NCBI RefSeq assembly: GCF_009914755.1
Contig: NC_060937.1
Direction: 5' to 3' (one strand)
Source: the human T2T-CHM13v2.0 reference genome, Homo sapiens
Length of the DNA: 64,000 nt
Shown here: positions 12,674 through 26,463 of the stretch, piece by piece
How positions within the stretch are numbered: position 1 is the first letter of the stretch
How the letters are laid out: each line of letters opens with the position of its first letter
Made by a program: the position numbers and the translations under genes
Notes under the pieces: generated by a model
Told to the model about the DNA's origin: nothing
Database searches by the model: none
What the model saw: the letters and a program-made list of their open reading frames with translations, nothing else

Positions 12674-13579
12674 TTATTATTGTTTCTCTCAAATGAAACA
12701 GTATTTCTAGAATGTTTTCATAGAACTTTGCATCCTTTAATGGCTACCAATTTATAACCTAGCAGTTATTCTATGAATAAGTGTCTAGGAGACATATTCA
12801 CACTTAATAGCAGTACTAGCAAAATTCCATGACATGTCCAAATGAGAGAGGACAAAAAGGTCCTATTTATTATATTAAGAGTATAATATTTTCACTCTGT
12901 CATGCAATGCATCTTTTTAAAAATGAATATGGAACTATAACTAAAATTTAAAAACCCCTTTAGTAAGAACCTCTTTATTAAGAAGCAAAATTATGTTTAA
13001 AAATGTACTCATTGTCATTCACTATGGACTCATCATTAAGGTAATAGCAAAACAAACCTTTTCAGACAAGCATTAAATAGTCTATTTCATAATGACTTCA
13101 CTTTTTCCCGTTTGACAAATTCTGTCCATTCAAAATACAAATACTTAGTATAGAGTGGACATATTCTACTAACCCTACATCTTCCTTTTTTGCTGAAAAA
13201 GTGATCTGAATGAACTAATTCACGCAGTAAACAGTGTCCTAAAAATGTGCTGTTGTCCAAAAATGTGAACATCTTCAGGAAATTTGAAGTGTAAGATCCA
13301 TCAGACTCTAAGTCAAGTGAATATCATATTTAGAAATGTGCAGCTGAAAGAAATAATTTGAAGAGATTTAGTGACCAATAGAGCAAAATTTGACTTGAAT
13401 TTGATTTAATCTCAGAAACATTTAAGGTTAGGAAATGAAAGATTTGAACTGCTCCAGTCTACATGCAGAAAAAGAAAAAAAAAAGAGATGGCTAATAATG
13501 TAGCTTCTAATTAAAAACGCATTCTTCTCATTTTGCCCCTGCGCCGTTGAAGTGTTAGGGTTCGGGCGTATTTCCTGGC

Positions 13580-14035
13580 TCTGTCTCTACCTGGAAAGGG
13601 CAAATACTGGTATATCTCAGCCAACTCTGTCAATGTATGTAATTCGTTTAGGAACGGGCATATCACACAACTCTGATCAGCGGGCTATAAGAGAATTCTC
13701 CTGGGATCTTCTGAAGACGATCCCACACAGTTAATAAAGTGAACATGAAGGAAGATGGATCTTTCTTCTTGTGACGCCCAGAACTGTGAGGCTACCTTTA
13801 CTACCTGATAAAGAGACCTGCTTTAAATACCTCTTTCTAATTGCTAAGGACCTTGCCAACATGTGAGAAGGATGCTGAGGGAAGAGCTTTTGTTCTTGAT
13901 GCTGCCATGGAGACTGAATTAGCCAACTCTGGAATCGTCTCCGTCCAGGTTTCTTGTTATAAAAGGTAATAAAGCTTAGAATAAAAGTAAGACCATTCCA
14001 CTCAGGTTTTCTGTATTTGAAGCCAAAAGCTTATA
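13580..14035 (+). mobile_element. Old MaLR LTR (MLT1J/K/L-like)
   Basis: 3' portion CTGAATTAGCCAACTCTGGA...TTTCTTGTTAT...AATAAA...GGTTTTCTGTATTTGAAGCCAAAAGC is typical of old MLT1 LTRs. Confidence 0.55.
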
Positions 14036-14679
14036 TATGGTTACTGAATTAGTACAGTTTGAGTTATGAGGGGATTTAGGAACTGACAACCTTCAATCTG
14101 GAACTGAAAGAACTGACAAAACACCCAAGAAAATATTATGTGGAGCTGAGAGGAAGATGCGTGCATCACAAAGAATTAGCAAGACAGTAAATAACTTTGA
14201 TTTCTCACTTTGCCATATAAGCATTTTGGCACTCACTAGATGGTTTATGGAAATGATTATTTAGCACAGATGTTATCTTTTTCCTTCCTTTACAACCTGA
14301 GATCGTGCTATGTAAAATAATCATATTGCAATTTCAGAAGCAATTTTAATACATTGTTTCCTCAGCAGCATATGGGTGCATGTGAATCAATCTTTAATAT
14401 AATATTGTATCACCTAAAGCAATTATTCCCTTTAAACGTATATACCTTGAGTTGATTGTTTTTCTTAAATTATAATTTATAAGAAAATTCATGTTGAATA
14501 ATTTTAGCTGGGACCATTCCTAACCTCCAGTTATATTATGGACATAAATAGACAATCTTAAGTTTAGAATAAATGTCTAGCATTTTTGGTAAGACAAAAA
14601 TGTAGGACTAGAACATAATCAAAGAGACAGAATTTCCATATTGGAATAGAGCTGCAAAAATAGCTTTTTTTTTTCCCCC

Positions 14680-15585
14680 TACCTTTCCTTTACTGCCTAA
14701 CACCGTTTTGTCTACTTGTGCATAAATCTTGGAGTTTCACAGGATTCCTAGGCCTTCCTTCTTCTTTAAACCCAGAGTCTTCCTGGGTTATCTCATCCAC
14801 CTGCCCGGCTTCAGCAATCTCCCGTGTCTTTTTGTTTTTTCTTTTAGAGACAGGGTCTGTATACGTTGCCCAGGCTGGAGTGCAGTAAGTGTGATCATGG
14901 CTCACTGCAGCCTCAAATTCCTGGGGTCAAGTGATCCTCTCACCTCAGCCTTCTAATTAGCTGAAATTACAATTGCACACCACCACACCTGGCTTTTTTT
15001 TTTTTTAATGAGGTCTCAGTATATTGCCCAAGCTGGTCTCAAACACCTGTCCCCAAGTAATCCTCCTGCCTCCTGAACCCTTATCTAGCACAGATATCTC
15101 TCTAAAAAAACTATTTTCAGCTATATTCAGATAGATTCTTCACAGAAACAGAATCAGTAGGGTATAGGGGTGTGTGTGTGTGTGTGTGTGAATACGCATC
15201 TCACTAATGTTAATGTTGGATATTCCTTTTAAGCAGCAATGCACACTACACTCTGAATTACCTCAGATCTACCTCTTTCTTCCTTCTGGTCCTCGTAGAC
15301 ACTGGCCTACTACAAAGCTGTCTCAGCCCATCCATCTCACATGACATATGTCAAACATTGCACATCAACACTGAGAAGAGTCGTGATGTCTTTCAAGAAG
15401 CCATTCCTGACCCTCCATCTTCTCAAAAATCTGAGGAAAAATCCAACTTATGTGTTCCTAGAATATTTCACTTCCAGCCCTTGCAAATGTTATTTGTAAA
15501 TTTTGATTATTTTTCTTTGTCCCTTAAGCAACTTGTTAAATGTTTGGCATATACTCTATACTTAAATTGTAATGAATGAGTCTCA
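14680..15585 (+). mobile_element. L2 LINE fragments, interrupted by AluJ and a short (GT)n
   Basis: CCTGGGTTATCTCATCCACCTGCCCGGCTTCAGC, GAAGCCATTCCTGACC and a terminal AATGAATGAG resemble the L2 3' region. Confidence 0.5.
14828..15072 (-). mobile_element. AluJ SINE, missing its 5' ~40 bp
   Basis: GAGACAGGGTCT...GATCATGGCTCACTGCAGCCTCAAATTCCTGGGGTCAAGTGATCCTC, J-type diagnostics. Confidence 0.9.
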
Positions 15586-15724
15586 AGCAATTTTAATGAT
15601 GTATGATTTTGGACTTTGGGATATTTGACTGCTATCTAAGACTGTTTTTATAGCAGATATTGAGTACTTTCTATCTCCTAGGAGCCAAATTAGACATTAA
15701 AGGGACAAAGGTAGTGGTTATTTT

Positions 15725-15748
15725 TTTTTAACTATACTTTAAGTTCTA
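15725..15748 (-). mobile_element. Extremely 5'-truncated L1PA 3' terminus
   Basis: T-run plus TATACTTTAAGTTCTAGG (antisense L1PA end), flanked by direct repeat GGTTATTTT at 15716-15724 and 15749-15757. Confidence 0.75.
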
Positions 15749-15899
15749 GGTTATTTTATCCTAATATATGTGACTGACAGAAATTGTTCTATGGAAATTC
15801 ACTCTGAATTTTAGCATTTGTGCTAAAGAATATATTAGTCACATTGAGTTAGCATGTTAGTGACATTTATGTAATGATTTTATGTTTTAATTTATTTCT

Positions 15900-16067
15900 A
15901 CACACACCAAGCCTTGTAAATAAACCTGGGCAAATATTTATTATTATTTCTGTTTAACTGGTAAAGAAATAAAGATTCATAGGGTTAAAACATTGCACCC
16001 AAAGCTTCATGACTAGTAAATAGTAAACCCAGGCCTTACAACCACATGCTTTCAATTATATCACACT
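15900..16067 (-). mobile_element. MIR SINE
   Basis: TATTATTATTTCTGTTTAACTGGTAAAGAAATAAAGATTCATAGGGTTAAAACATTGCACCCAAAG...ACTAGTAAATAG is an antisense MIR core. Confidence 0.65.
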
Positions 16068-18769
16068 CTCTCAGAACTGATAAATCCAATTCAATGATCT
16101 ATAATCCATGCTTTAGTTTGCAGACACTTTTAAAAAATGCACTGTTCTTTGTATTTATAGAGAGAAGAAACAACTGAGTCATCCTCAAGTAAGCTCCCCC
16201 AGGATACTAAGGTGCCTCAGTGGAAAAATACATGTAGTCTTACAGAACAGTACAACTTAACTCATCAGTCAATACCGGACCTTAGATTTTGGCCTTACAG
16301 GGACTCAAAAACTTGTGACCAGGCTATGACTAGGTTTATTAATCCCAAATCATTTACAGAATTGTATGACCAGCACAGTTCTCCACATGATTTGAATGTT
16401 ACATTGGATTTAATATATCCAACACACTAGCTACTTCTCAGCCTCTGTAGTAGGGCTCACATGGAGAAGCACTGGAACAAGTTTTTTAATCTTTTATTTA
16501 GAAACTGATCTGCGGAACCTTCAGGAGATTGGTCTCAAGAGACGCATCTGCCTTCTCGATGGGATTGTTGGCCTCTCGTGTTGAAAGGATCGCATTTCAG
16601 GAGCCAGCAGGTCATTTCATCTCATCCTCTAGTATCATCTTACAGGCTCCTAAGCCACATGAAAGTCACACATGCCAACTGATGGCTTACTTTGGTTTTG
16701 TCAAATGGTGGCTACTTAGTCACAGTTTGAAATGAAAATACACCTGGTATGTGCCACCTTAGAAGGTTTAATTTTTCTCAGGGGTTACAGAAAAAAAAAT
16801 ATGTGATAAGCCATGGTCAACCGATGTGTATTTAAAGTTCACATTTTAATGTACTTTAATTTTTGATGAAGACTACTGAGAGGAAGGAGCAGCGAAGAAT
16901 GAAACAACAAGGTAGGGGCAGAGGAAAGAAAACAGGGCAACAGAATGAGATGGATTGAAAAGAAAACAACCCGCATGAAACTAGGATGGGATTAGCTGAA
17001 GTACAGCAGGAGGAGGCTGAAGCAGTGACAAGGGAAAATGTCTCAGGCAGGCCTGCCACTGCCATTTCCTCAGGCGAGAGGACAGAGAGGCCCACATTCC
17101 ACTCTACATGTCAATATCTAAAGGGGATACATGAGACCAGCACACCACAAAGTCAATTACGGTTTGCCCTCCTCCCTTGACAAATACATTCTTATGACAA
17201 CAAAACTGAAAAAAAAAAAAATAAGTAAAGCCATCACATCTGAATTTTGCTATATTTTCTCATATCTGGGGTTTCTGTTGATAACCTAGCAGTGTTTGGA
17301 TGAGAAGGAAAATAGAGATGTGGATATAAAAATTATTAATACTTACTCAATATGATTTATTTTGTGCTTCTACTTCAGGAATATTACTAATTCTATTATT
17401 AAGATTTTTATTTAATTTGATAAAAATAATTGGCAGAATCAAATGAAATGCAAAAAGTGCACAAAACAATAACATATTTTCGTAAAAATAAAAACAAATG
17501 AAATAATAAAAAAGGTAAAATAAGTATATTTTGCAAACTCTTTATCTTTAAATATTCACAATTATTTATAAGCATAAATATTTTAAATCAATGAATATAA
17601 ACATTTAAAGCTACATTTATTATTATTTCAGAAATTTAGTTCTATTTTAGTTAATAATTCTAAAAATTAGAAGCATATTATTCTAGTATTTAATGGTTTA
17701 TTTGGTTGTCAAAATTGTCAAAGTCAGGAATTGGTAGCAACTTAACTGTAATATTTATATAAACTTAATAAAACCACAAATTGTTCATCCCTGTGTACAA
17801 GTGTTGTGAATAACGACCTAACTCCTGAATTCCTATAAATCCACAACTTGGAACAAGAAGAGAAGTGAGAAAATGGCAGTACTAGGAACAGATTAGTATC
17901 TGTTATCTGAGATAAAGGATTTGCCAAGTAATGAATTTGTCTTGTCCTTGCATAAGTTGCTCAAACCCTCCAAAGGCTCCAAAGCATTGGCCATCTCTCA
18001 CATTAGCTGCAGCACTCACAACTCTCCTTGTAACCCCTGTGAGGCTGCCTTTCCTCAAAGACAGAGTTAAGACCCATGGGGACAATTGCTTTTACCCTAG
18101 GGCTTGAACAGGTTTGCAGGTAGAAGATGAGAATTCATGTTCAGAATGTTTTTTAAAATCGAACTTTATAAAAGAAACATTCAATTTAACACCTGGTTAA
18201 TTATCAACAAAAATTAACATTAATCAATTAAATAATTGACGTATCTGTGATATCTATGGTATTGATAAGCAAATTAATAACTGTTAGAATTTTGAAACAA
18301 ATGGCATTTGTACGAAGTTGCAATAAAACTGTAAACTCTTTTCAAATGTAAAAAGTAACCTCTAAAAAATTGAGAAAGTAATTATATTCTGGACAGTAAG
18401 TCCAGGCATGACAGAATAAAGTAAAAAATCTGGCATATTTGAAACCAAAGCATTAAAGGCTCATTTGAGGGGGAAAAAAGTATGTTATTATAATTTTACT
18501 GCATTTAAAATTAATGAAATGTCTTTGTTTTATCAAGAACTTAGTGGTGGGGAACACAGTTCACGTGAGTAAATATACCCAGGTCTGTTCTGTAACTGAG
18601 GTCTGATATTTACAAGACCTCAAACTTGGAGGAACTTAATGTAAGCTCTTTCATTGCCCACGGTTACCTCTGGGTAAAAGGAGGGGCACATCCTGACAGG
18701 TTTCTTCCAATAAAAGGCAATTGGAGACTGAGGAGGTACAGACTGCACTCATTTGCCTTAAGAAGTTAA

Positions 18770-19480
18770 ATTGCAGGGACTGAAAATATGGATATGACTC
18801 TTGAATCTTAAAACAACTAGATAGTATTCCATTCACATCAGCCTTCAAAATTCCTAAACAAAAGTCAAAATTTATTGACCGTTTTTACAGGTGCCTGAAG
18901 TAACTGAGCTGAGTTCAGTCAGATGGCTGTGGGCACCATCTATGTATAGATGCAGGCTTCATACAAATATACCCCTCTATCTCTATATACTTTAGATGGC
19001 CCATTATGGGGAGAAAATCTGAAAGTCTGAACTCTGAAAGTCTGTAGAATTTTATTTTTTGCATATACAACTGCCTCATCGAAATATTCTCTTGTATGCA
19101 AAATAAGCATTTCAAATATAGAACAAAAATAATAAAACTCTGCACTATTCCTCTCTTTATCTCATAACCTGCATCCAATACGTTGCAATTTTGGTTAGTT
19201 CTACCTTCAAACAGAGCCTTATTCTAACCATTGTTTTCATCTTTCCAGCTCAAACATTGGCCAAAGCTATCATCACTTGTGACCTATATTACTGCAAAAT
19301 CCTAACTTTTCTGTTCCTGCGTACAGCCTAATGAAGTTGACTATCTGTCCAGGAAGCAGAGAGATTTTTATAGCATAAATTAGGTTTATTTCTCCCTTGC
19401 TTACCACCTACCAGTGAGTTCCAAATATAAGTAAAATAATATTAAAATCACCTACTGACACTCTAAAGGTCCTGTATGAA
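18770..19480 (+). mobile_element. L2 LINE fragment
   Basis: TTCTACCTTCAAA...GCCAAAGCTATCATCACTTGTGACCTATATTACTGCAAAATCCTAAC...TCTCCCTTGCTTA resembles L2. Confidence 0.55.
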
Positions 19481-21357
19481 ATGAAGGTGGGTAGTAAGAT
19501 TTTATATATTGGTTATAAATGAAAGCAATCCATCTATGAAGGATTCTTCTAATTACAACTCATAGATACAAGTCTTGAGGTAGGTAACTGAGATACTTTG
19601 ATTGATTTGTTTATTTCAGATTATTAAAATCTGAAAAGGGAGGCAGGCAGCGGGAAGCAGAGAATCAAGACTTTCTTATGATCAAGACTTTCCCAGACTC
19701 TCATTGCTGTTTATTAATTTTCTTGTCCTTCTTAAATGTATGTTTTATTTTCTTTTTAAAAATATTGATTAAAGTTATGCACTATCATTAAATTAATAAA
19801 TAGTACCAAAGGGCTTAGAGTTAAATATAAGAATTTTTTTGCCATTCTCCATCCTGTCTTGATCCCCAGAGGTAACAATTTTAAGAACTGTATTAGTTTC
19901 TTTAGGTACTCATGTATGTGTTTATAAATAGTAACTTATATTATTGATCCTGGAATTCTCATTGTTATGATTTTGGGTCAAGATAGTATTCCACAAATTT
20001 TTTTAAATATGTTAGCTTGTGAAAAAAAATAGAGAAAAATGTAAAATTATGAGACCCCAGAAATACACAATGCTGAGAACCCAGAAATGTGTGATTCTAG
20101 TATAACTATTTATTTATCAAATTAATATTTATTAAAATCCAATTATGCGCAAGCTATATCTTAGCATTTTATATACAAGTGGATATAATTAGAATTTTAA
20201 AATATCAGTATTATTCTTCACTGAGAAAATACATGAATATTGTATAGAGATTATATCATTTAAAATATAATGCAACAATGTAACAACATAACAAAGCAAT
20301 AACTAATGAAAATCAACTTTGTTATCATAGAAATAGAAAAACAAAGTTCTTAATTGTTTTTAAATTCCAATTTCTAAACTATAACCGTGACATAAATCTA
20401 TTTTCAATTATAAATAGGTGTAGCAATCACAACAGAATGAGTAAGCATATCTTGCAATTCTTTTCTTTTGAAAAATACTGATTAAAGTTCTGAACTATTC
20501 TTAAAAATAATATATAGTACCAAAAAAGAACCACGGTGCTTTTTTATTATTAAAAAGTAATGTGTAATCTTTACTAAAAAGTATACAATTAAGAAAGAGA
20601 ATAACTAAAAATCTGCCGAAATGGAGAAGTCTTTTTAACAATGCAATTAACAAAACGTGAAGAATATTATTTTTCTATATTAACTAGTATTATAATATTT
20701 AAAGAAAATGAAAAAAATCAACTACATTTTATAGACTATTTCCTCTTTCTAGGTATTATAAGTAAAATGATGCATTTAATTAATCGTAGAAATTGTAAGA
20801 ATGCCAATAACTTCATGCAGAATATATTTTATGCACTTATGGTCTTTCGTCCCTTACATACTAAACATTTTGCACACATTATTTCATTGATCCTTGTTTT
20901 TAAATTAAATTTTAATAAGCCTTAAACTCTCACAAAATACATTTTCTATGTTATTTCCTACTTAATACATAGATTTTATTTCTTATTCATAGTAGTTGTT
21001 CAGATATCCTTTGCATTACCTGAAGAAAACAACATAGAATAAAATAGCAAACAGGTAAAAAACAAATTATACAAAGCATGTGCTAGGAGTTGACCATGTA
21101 AGACTAGCCTGAAAACTTGGGAGCAGTCATTTGATATGAGATTGTTTATAAAAGTCTTAGTGGCACAGTGTTGATTTTCTCTAGAATTTTGGAGTGGATA
21201 AATTAATATGACATTGTGTCTTTTTTATTTTCTGGCACTGAATTTTACCATATTCATGTATTGCCAAATCTAGACAAGTAAAATATTCTTTACAGTTTTC
21301 TTTTTCATCACCGAGAGCAAATTCCTTGCAAAATCTAATTGCTTTTAATTCTAAACA

Positions 21358-22004
21358 CAATTGATTCTCATTATTTATGGCTGTTATGTTTAATTAAGTT
21401 GCCATGAACCCTAAATTAGCAAATACAGAACAATTGTCCCTAGAGGAAATACAAGGTTAGGTTCCTGTGAGTCTCTGGTCACAACATCTTCACCAACCAG
21501 TCAATAAATATCTTTGTTTTATGTATGTTTATATTTAAAGACCTCTTTTTAAATGTGTATTATTGAGTCATTAATATGTAACTCACGCCCAGCAGCATTA
21601 GAACTCATGCCTGAATGAAGCTCATTTTGTGTGTATTTTCTCCAGAAAGCTCACTGCAGCCTTCTTGTGCTTAGGGATGCTAGACAGCCCTTTTGCACTA
21701 TGCTTTGGGCCATTTTAAGCACCAAAATCACTAACAAAAAGCACACAAATTTGACAAATATGGTGCTAAATAGACCACAAAAATCACATTTGCTTACCTT
21801 ATGAGTGCTGAAACAAGAAGACAGACTGCCCCAGTTCAGTCTCTGTGGGAAATGTTTATGCCTGGCGACCGAAATTTTTTGCTACTCTTTGCACATCTGA
21901 GAATGATTATGAAAGCATTGTGAGTACGAATTTTGGTGTTACAAATAAATGTTATCAAATAGGCAAATTTGCAAATAGAGAACTGCAGAAATGAGGGTCA
22001 ATTG
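21358..22004 (-). mobile_element. MER82 (TcMar-Tigger) DNA transposon, near full length
   Basis: Decayed TIRs CAATTGATTCTCATTATT / AATGAGGGTCAATTG. Internal CCTAGAGGAAATACAAGGTTAGGTTCCTGTGAG and GAACTCATGCCTGAATGAAGCT match recalled MER82. Confidence 0.85.
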
Positions 22005-22009
22005 CAACT

Positions 22010-22680
22010 TTTGAATCTGTCTATTTCTCTCCATTCTCCCCCAAGTAGCATAGTTTGCATTAGCTTAATAACTAGTGAATCATCCTCCCCATCCACCCAT
22101 CACAAGTCTCTGGACTCTCCCAAAATGACTCTTTAAAACATAGATATAGTCCTGCAACCCTTCGTTTAAATCAAATTAATGGCTTTCCACTTTAAATTAT
22201 GGGGAAAGGCACACACAGCTTAAAGACCCTACCTGGACTGGCTCTCCAAACCTCTCTCACCACATCACCCTTCTTTTATTCTCTTCTTGTTACAATCATT
22301 CCTTGTATGGGATATGCCCTCCACCTAGATACCTGGTCCTCCTCCCTCCTCTTAGCTAACTCCTCCTCATCCCACAGATTTTACCTTGGATGACCTTCCT
22401 TTATCAGGGAAGCCTTCTCTGACCTTTGCATAAGACAGATCCTCTGGTCATGAGCTCACTAAACTGTCAAGAGATTGCTACATTTCAGCACCACCAACAG
22501 TAGCCTTGAACATCTGCTTGTGTGATTATGTAACCAATGTCTTCTCTTTCCTAGTCTGTCGATTTCAGGAGGTTAAGACAGGAAGCTCATCTCGTTTTAC
22601 TCCCTTTTATATTGCCAGACTGGCACAGTGCCTGGTCCCCAGTACATGATTAATAGGTATTTTTGTGCATAAAAGAAGAC
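22010..22680 (+). mobile_element. L2 LINE 3' portion
   Basis: GCTAACTCCTCCTCATCC...CAGGGAAGCCTTCTCTGACC...GGCACAGTGCCTGG. Confidence 0.75.
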
Positions 22681-25301
22681 AGGGAGGGAAGGAAGAGAAT
22701 TGAAGAAGGCAATCGAACTAAACTAGGACTTGAGAATGGCATTTTAAGAACAGGTGAAGGAACAAGACAAGAACAATGAAACGAGACAGAGGGAGATTTT
22801 GTCAGAAGCTGAGCCCTGACTTCAGGACACATGAGGTGCAGGACCAGAGTCGCCCCTAATCAGCTAGGCAGATTGTGCTGTGTTATTCCACTTATGAAAC
22901 AGCAATTGCAGATCCTATTGTGGCCTTCTCGGGAGAATAACTGCTTCAGGCTTTGGGGATAGTTAATTTTATTGTAAAATTTACACGGATTGGGCATAAG
23001 GTTGCCCCATGAACAAAGAGAGATCTGGTGAATCAATACAAAGGAGTTATATGGTGCCATTTAAAAAAGCAAACAAGATATGACATTCCCTGAATTCAGG
23101 GATGTTTTCTGATATGTTCTCATCTCTATTTCTAGCTCGTAGCTTCGAAATGTCTCTGACTGCATCTCGGCTGCTTCCCTTCACCCCTGTAAGTAACACG
23201 TGTGCATATCTATATCTTTCAAATAAATGTAAGAATAACGAATCCTATGATGCATAACAAATCATATCCCATGAAGAAACAAAGTATTGTTACCTCAACA
23301 TCAAATTTAGCAAGGTCTTTCATGCTGTTCTCCATTTTCTTTAAGACTTAATATTGTAATATAAATGAAATATGGAAAATACAGAAAAAGTCAAAAGAAT
23401 TACAAATGCTTTACAATCTAGACTAATCCTATGAGGTGAAGCTAAATGAGTTAACACTTCTAGTTCACTAACAAATTCTACAAGGACTTTTTAAATAGTA
23501 TTTTTATAAAGTGAGATATTTTGCATAACTAGAACAAATTCATGTTAATAGACCTACTGATAGGGTTGAAACTGATTAAAAGTTGAGGTCCTTTTAAAGT
23601 CATATATCTCTAAGCGTCCACATTTCATTGCAAACTATTCTCTTTCCACTTAATAAATGTCTGTGATAAAGAATCAGTTGAGTATAAAATGAGGACCAAG
23701 CTAGATGATTTAGACTAAACTGGATTTTTAAGCACACACACCTGGTATGTTTTGGGGATGAGGTTTGGCATGTGGAATATCAAAATGTGCAGTAGTTTAG
23801 CTGAGAATTCAGGAGTAAGAAGAACTTTAGTAATCATTCATATATATTACAGATGCTCTTTTTCATGTTTTGGAATTAAAAACTCATTTCTCATTTCCTC
23901 CAAAGCTATAATCTTCTCTGCATCAAAGTGTCTCTTTGCTTCATTCATTCCTCTCTTTTATCTATCTAAGAAGCTGTTCTAGGAGATAAATAACTCTTAC
24001 GAATATGTTCTTGGAGATAAATACCTTTTGTAAAATTTTTCCTTCCAGTGGGTATTTCTGGCCCCAAGACCCCTCTCCTTCTTCTTACAGCTGTAGCCTG
24101 TCTCCAAGTCCACAGCTCCTGTGACGGTGACCAAATGTCACTAGATTTTATTTTTTTAGGTATTCTTTTAATTCTTGTTAAAATTAGCTTCAGCTGTTCT
24201 TTCTGTTTTAATTAATGTCTCCTAGCACCAAATTCAAAGCAGTGATAACTTAGACATTCTTTGAAATACAAAGTAAATTAAGTGTGTTTTCCCTGTATTA
24301 AGAATCTATAAATAGTGATTAATTTATTATAGTTCAATAAACTCTGTTTCATACTTTCTTTGCTCTGGATTGGTAGAAAGATGAATGAGATTATTCTAAA
24401 ACTCCTGTAGGGTCTCCAAATACACTCTATAGGTAGGTGAATCCACCACCCTGCTGGCAAGGAGCTTGAAAGCATTTCCATATGTAGTCATTCTGTCACT
24501 TGTAAATCAAGACACACTGAGTATTGACTCAGTGTTGAGTTGAGCATCTTGCAAACAGCCTTGTAGTATGGCGGTGGAAGTGGGATTTGTGAGGAGGGTC
24601 AAATAAAGAAAGCTAAAAGGCCAATTCCATTAACAAGCACTGGCCTGAGTTCCTGCTTTCCCTCCAATGAGTACACTGCACTAAAAATACGATGAATATG
24701 TCACTGGAATGCACACATACATGTTATATATCCATAGTTTTATATATATTATAAATGTAATATCATCTTGGTAAGACAATTGTTTAACCCTGATCATTCC
24801 ATAGTTTAGCTAAAAAATCGATTTTTCATATCACATGATACTTCATCCTAAAAACTTTTTAGTTATATCAAAGTTATCAGGAATAAATTGAATTAGCTTA
24901 TGATCTGGCTACATGAATATCGGGTGATGGGGGAATACTTTACCATTTTTGTTTGTTTTAAGTTCAGAGTAGAACTTATAGTTGCTAAAATCACAACACT
25001 GCTCCAATGACCCTTCCTACCAAAAGCTGTATTTCCAGTCAGATATGTGAGATCAGAAATAATATTTCTTTTGTTTCCTGAGAAGATTATCCAGAAAAGA
25101 TCTATTGTAGTATATTTCTTTAGTATAAAATATTTACCTAATCAAAATTTTTTATTTTTAAATAATTTCAAACTTATGATGAAGTTTCAAAAATAGTTCC
25201 AAAAGGTTTCCTATCCCCTAGTTGTTAACCTTTCATTTTCACAGTTGTCTTTTCCTTTTTGTTATGTCTTCTAATATTTTTGAACCATTTGAAAATAATT
25301 T

Positions 25302-25701
<400 letters not shown>

Positions 25702-25822
25702 TCAGCATCATAAGTCATTAGCAAATTGCAAGTTAAAATAACAATGAGATACTACCACATACCTAATGGAATGGCAAAAATCCAAAACAATGAGAATGCC
25801 AAATGCTGGTGAGGATGTAGAG

Positions 25823-26166
25823 CAGTGGTCCCTAAATCCCTGGCTGTGGACCAGTTCTGGTCTGTGGCCTGTTAAGAATGGGGCCACACAGCAGGAAGTG
25901 AGTGGCGCGGCGAGTGAGCATTATCATCTGAGCTCTGCCTCCTGTCATATCAGCGGTGGCATTACATTCTCACAGGAGCATGAACCCTATTGTGAACTGT
26001 GCATGTGAGGGATCTAGGTCACATGCTTCTTATGAGATTCTAACTAATGCCTAATGATCTAAGGTGAAACAGTTTCATCCCGAAACCGTCCCCAAACCTG
26101 CATTGTCCATGGAAAAATTATCTTTCACGATCTGGTCTTTGGTGCCAAAAAGGTTGGGGACCGTTG
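25823..26166 (+). mobile_element. MER1B (hAT-Charlie) DNA transposon
   Basis: TIRs CAGTGGTCCCTAA / TTGGGGACCGTTG and 8-bp TSD ATGTAGAG / ATATAGAG. Confidence 0.92.
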
Positions 26167-26463
26167 ATATAGAGCAACAAGAATTCTCATTCATTGCTGA
26201 TAACAATGCAAAATGGTACAGCTACTTTGCAAGGCACTTTGGTAATTTTTTACAAAACTAAACATACTTTTACCATACGATCGAGTAATTGTGCTCCTTG
26301 GTATAAATTTAAATAAGTTGAAAATGTATGCCCACAAAAAAAAAAAAAAATCTTAGACAAGGATGTTTATTGAGGCTTTATTCATAATTGCCAAAACTCA
26401 GAAGTAACGTCCTTCAACAGGAAAACAGATAAATAAATGGTGGTATATGTAGACCATGGATGA

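Noticed and set aside
13555-13566. Telomere-like TTAGGGTTCGGG
   Set aside because: Only two units, one imperfect; chance level.
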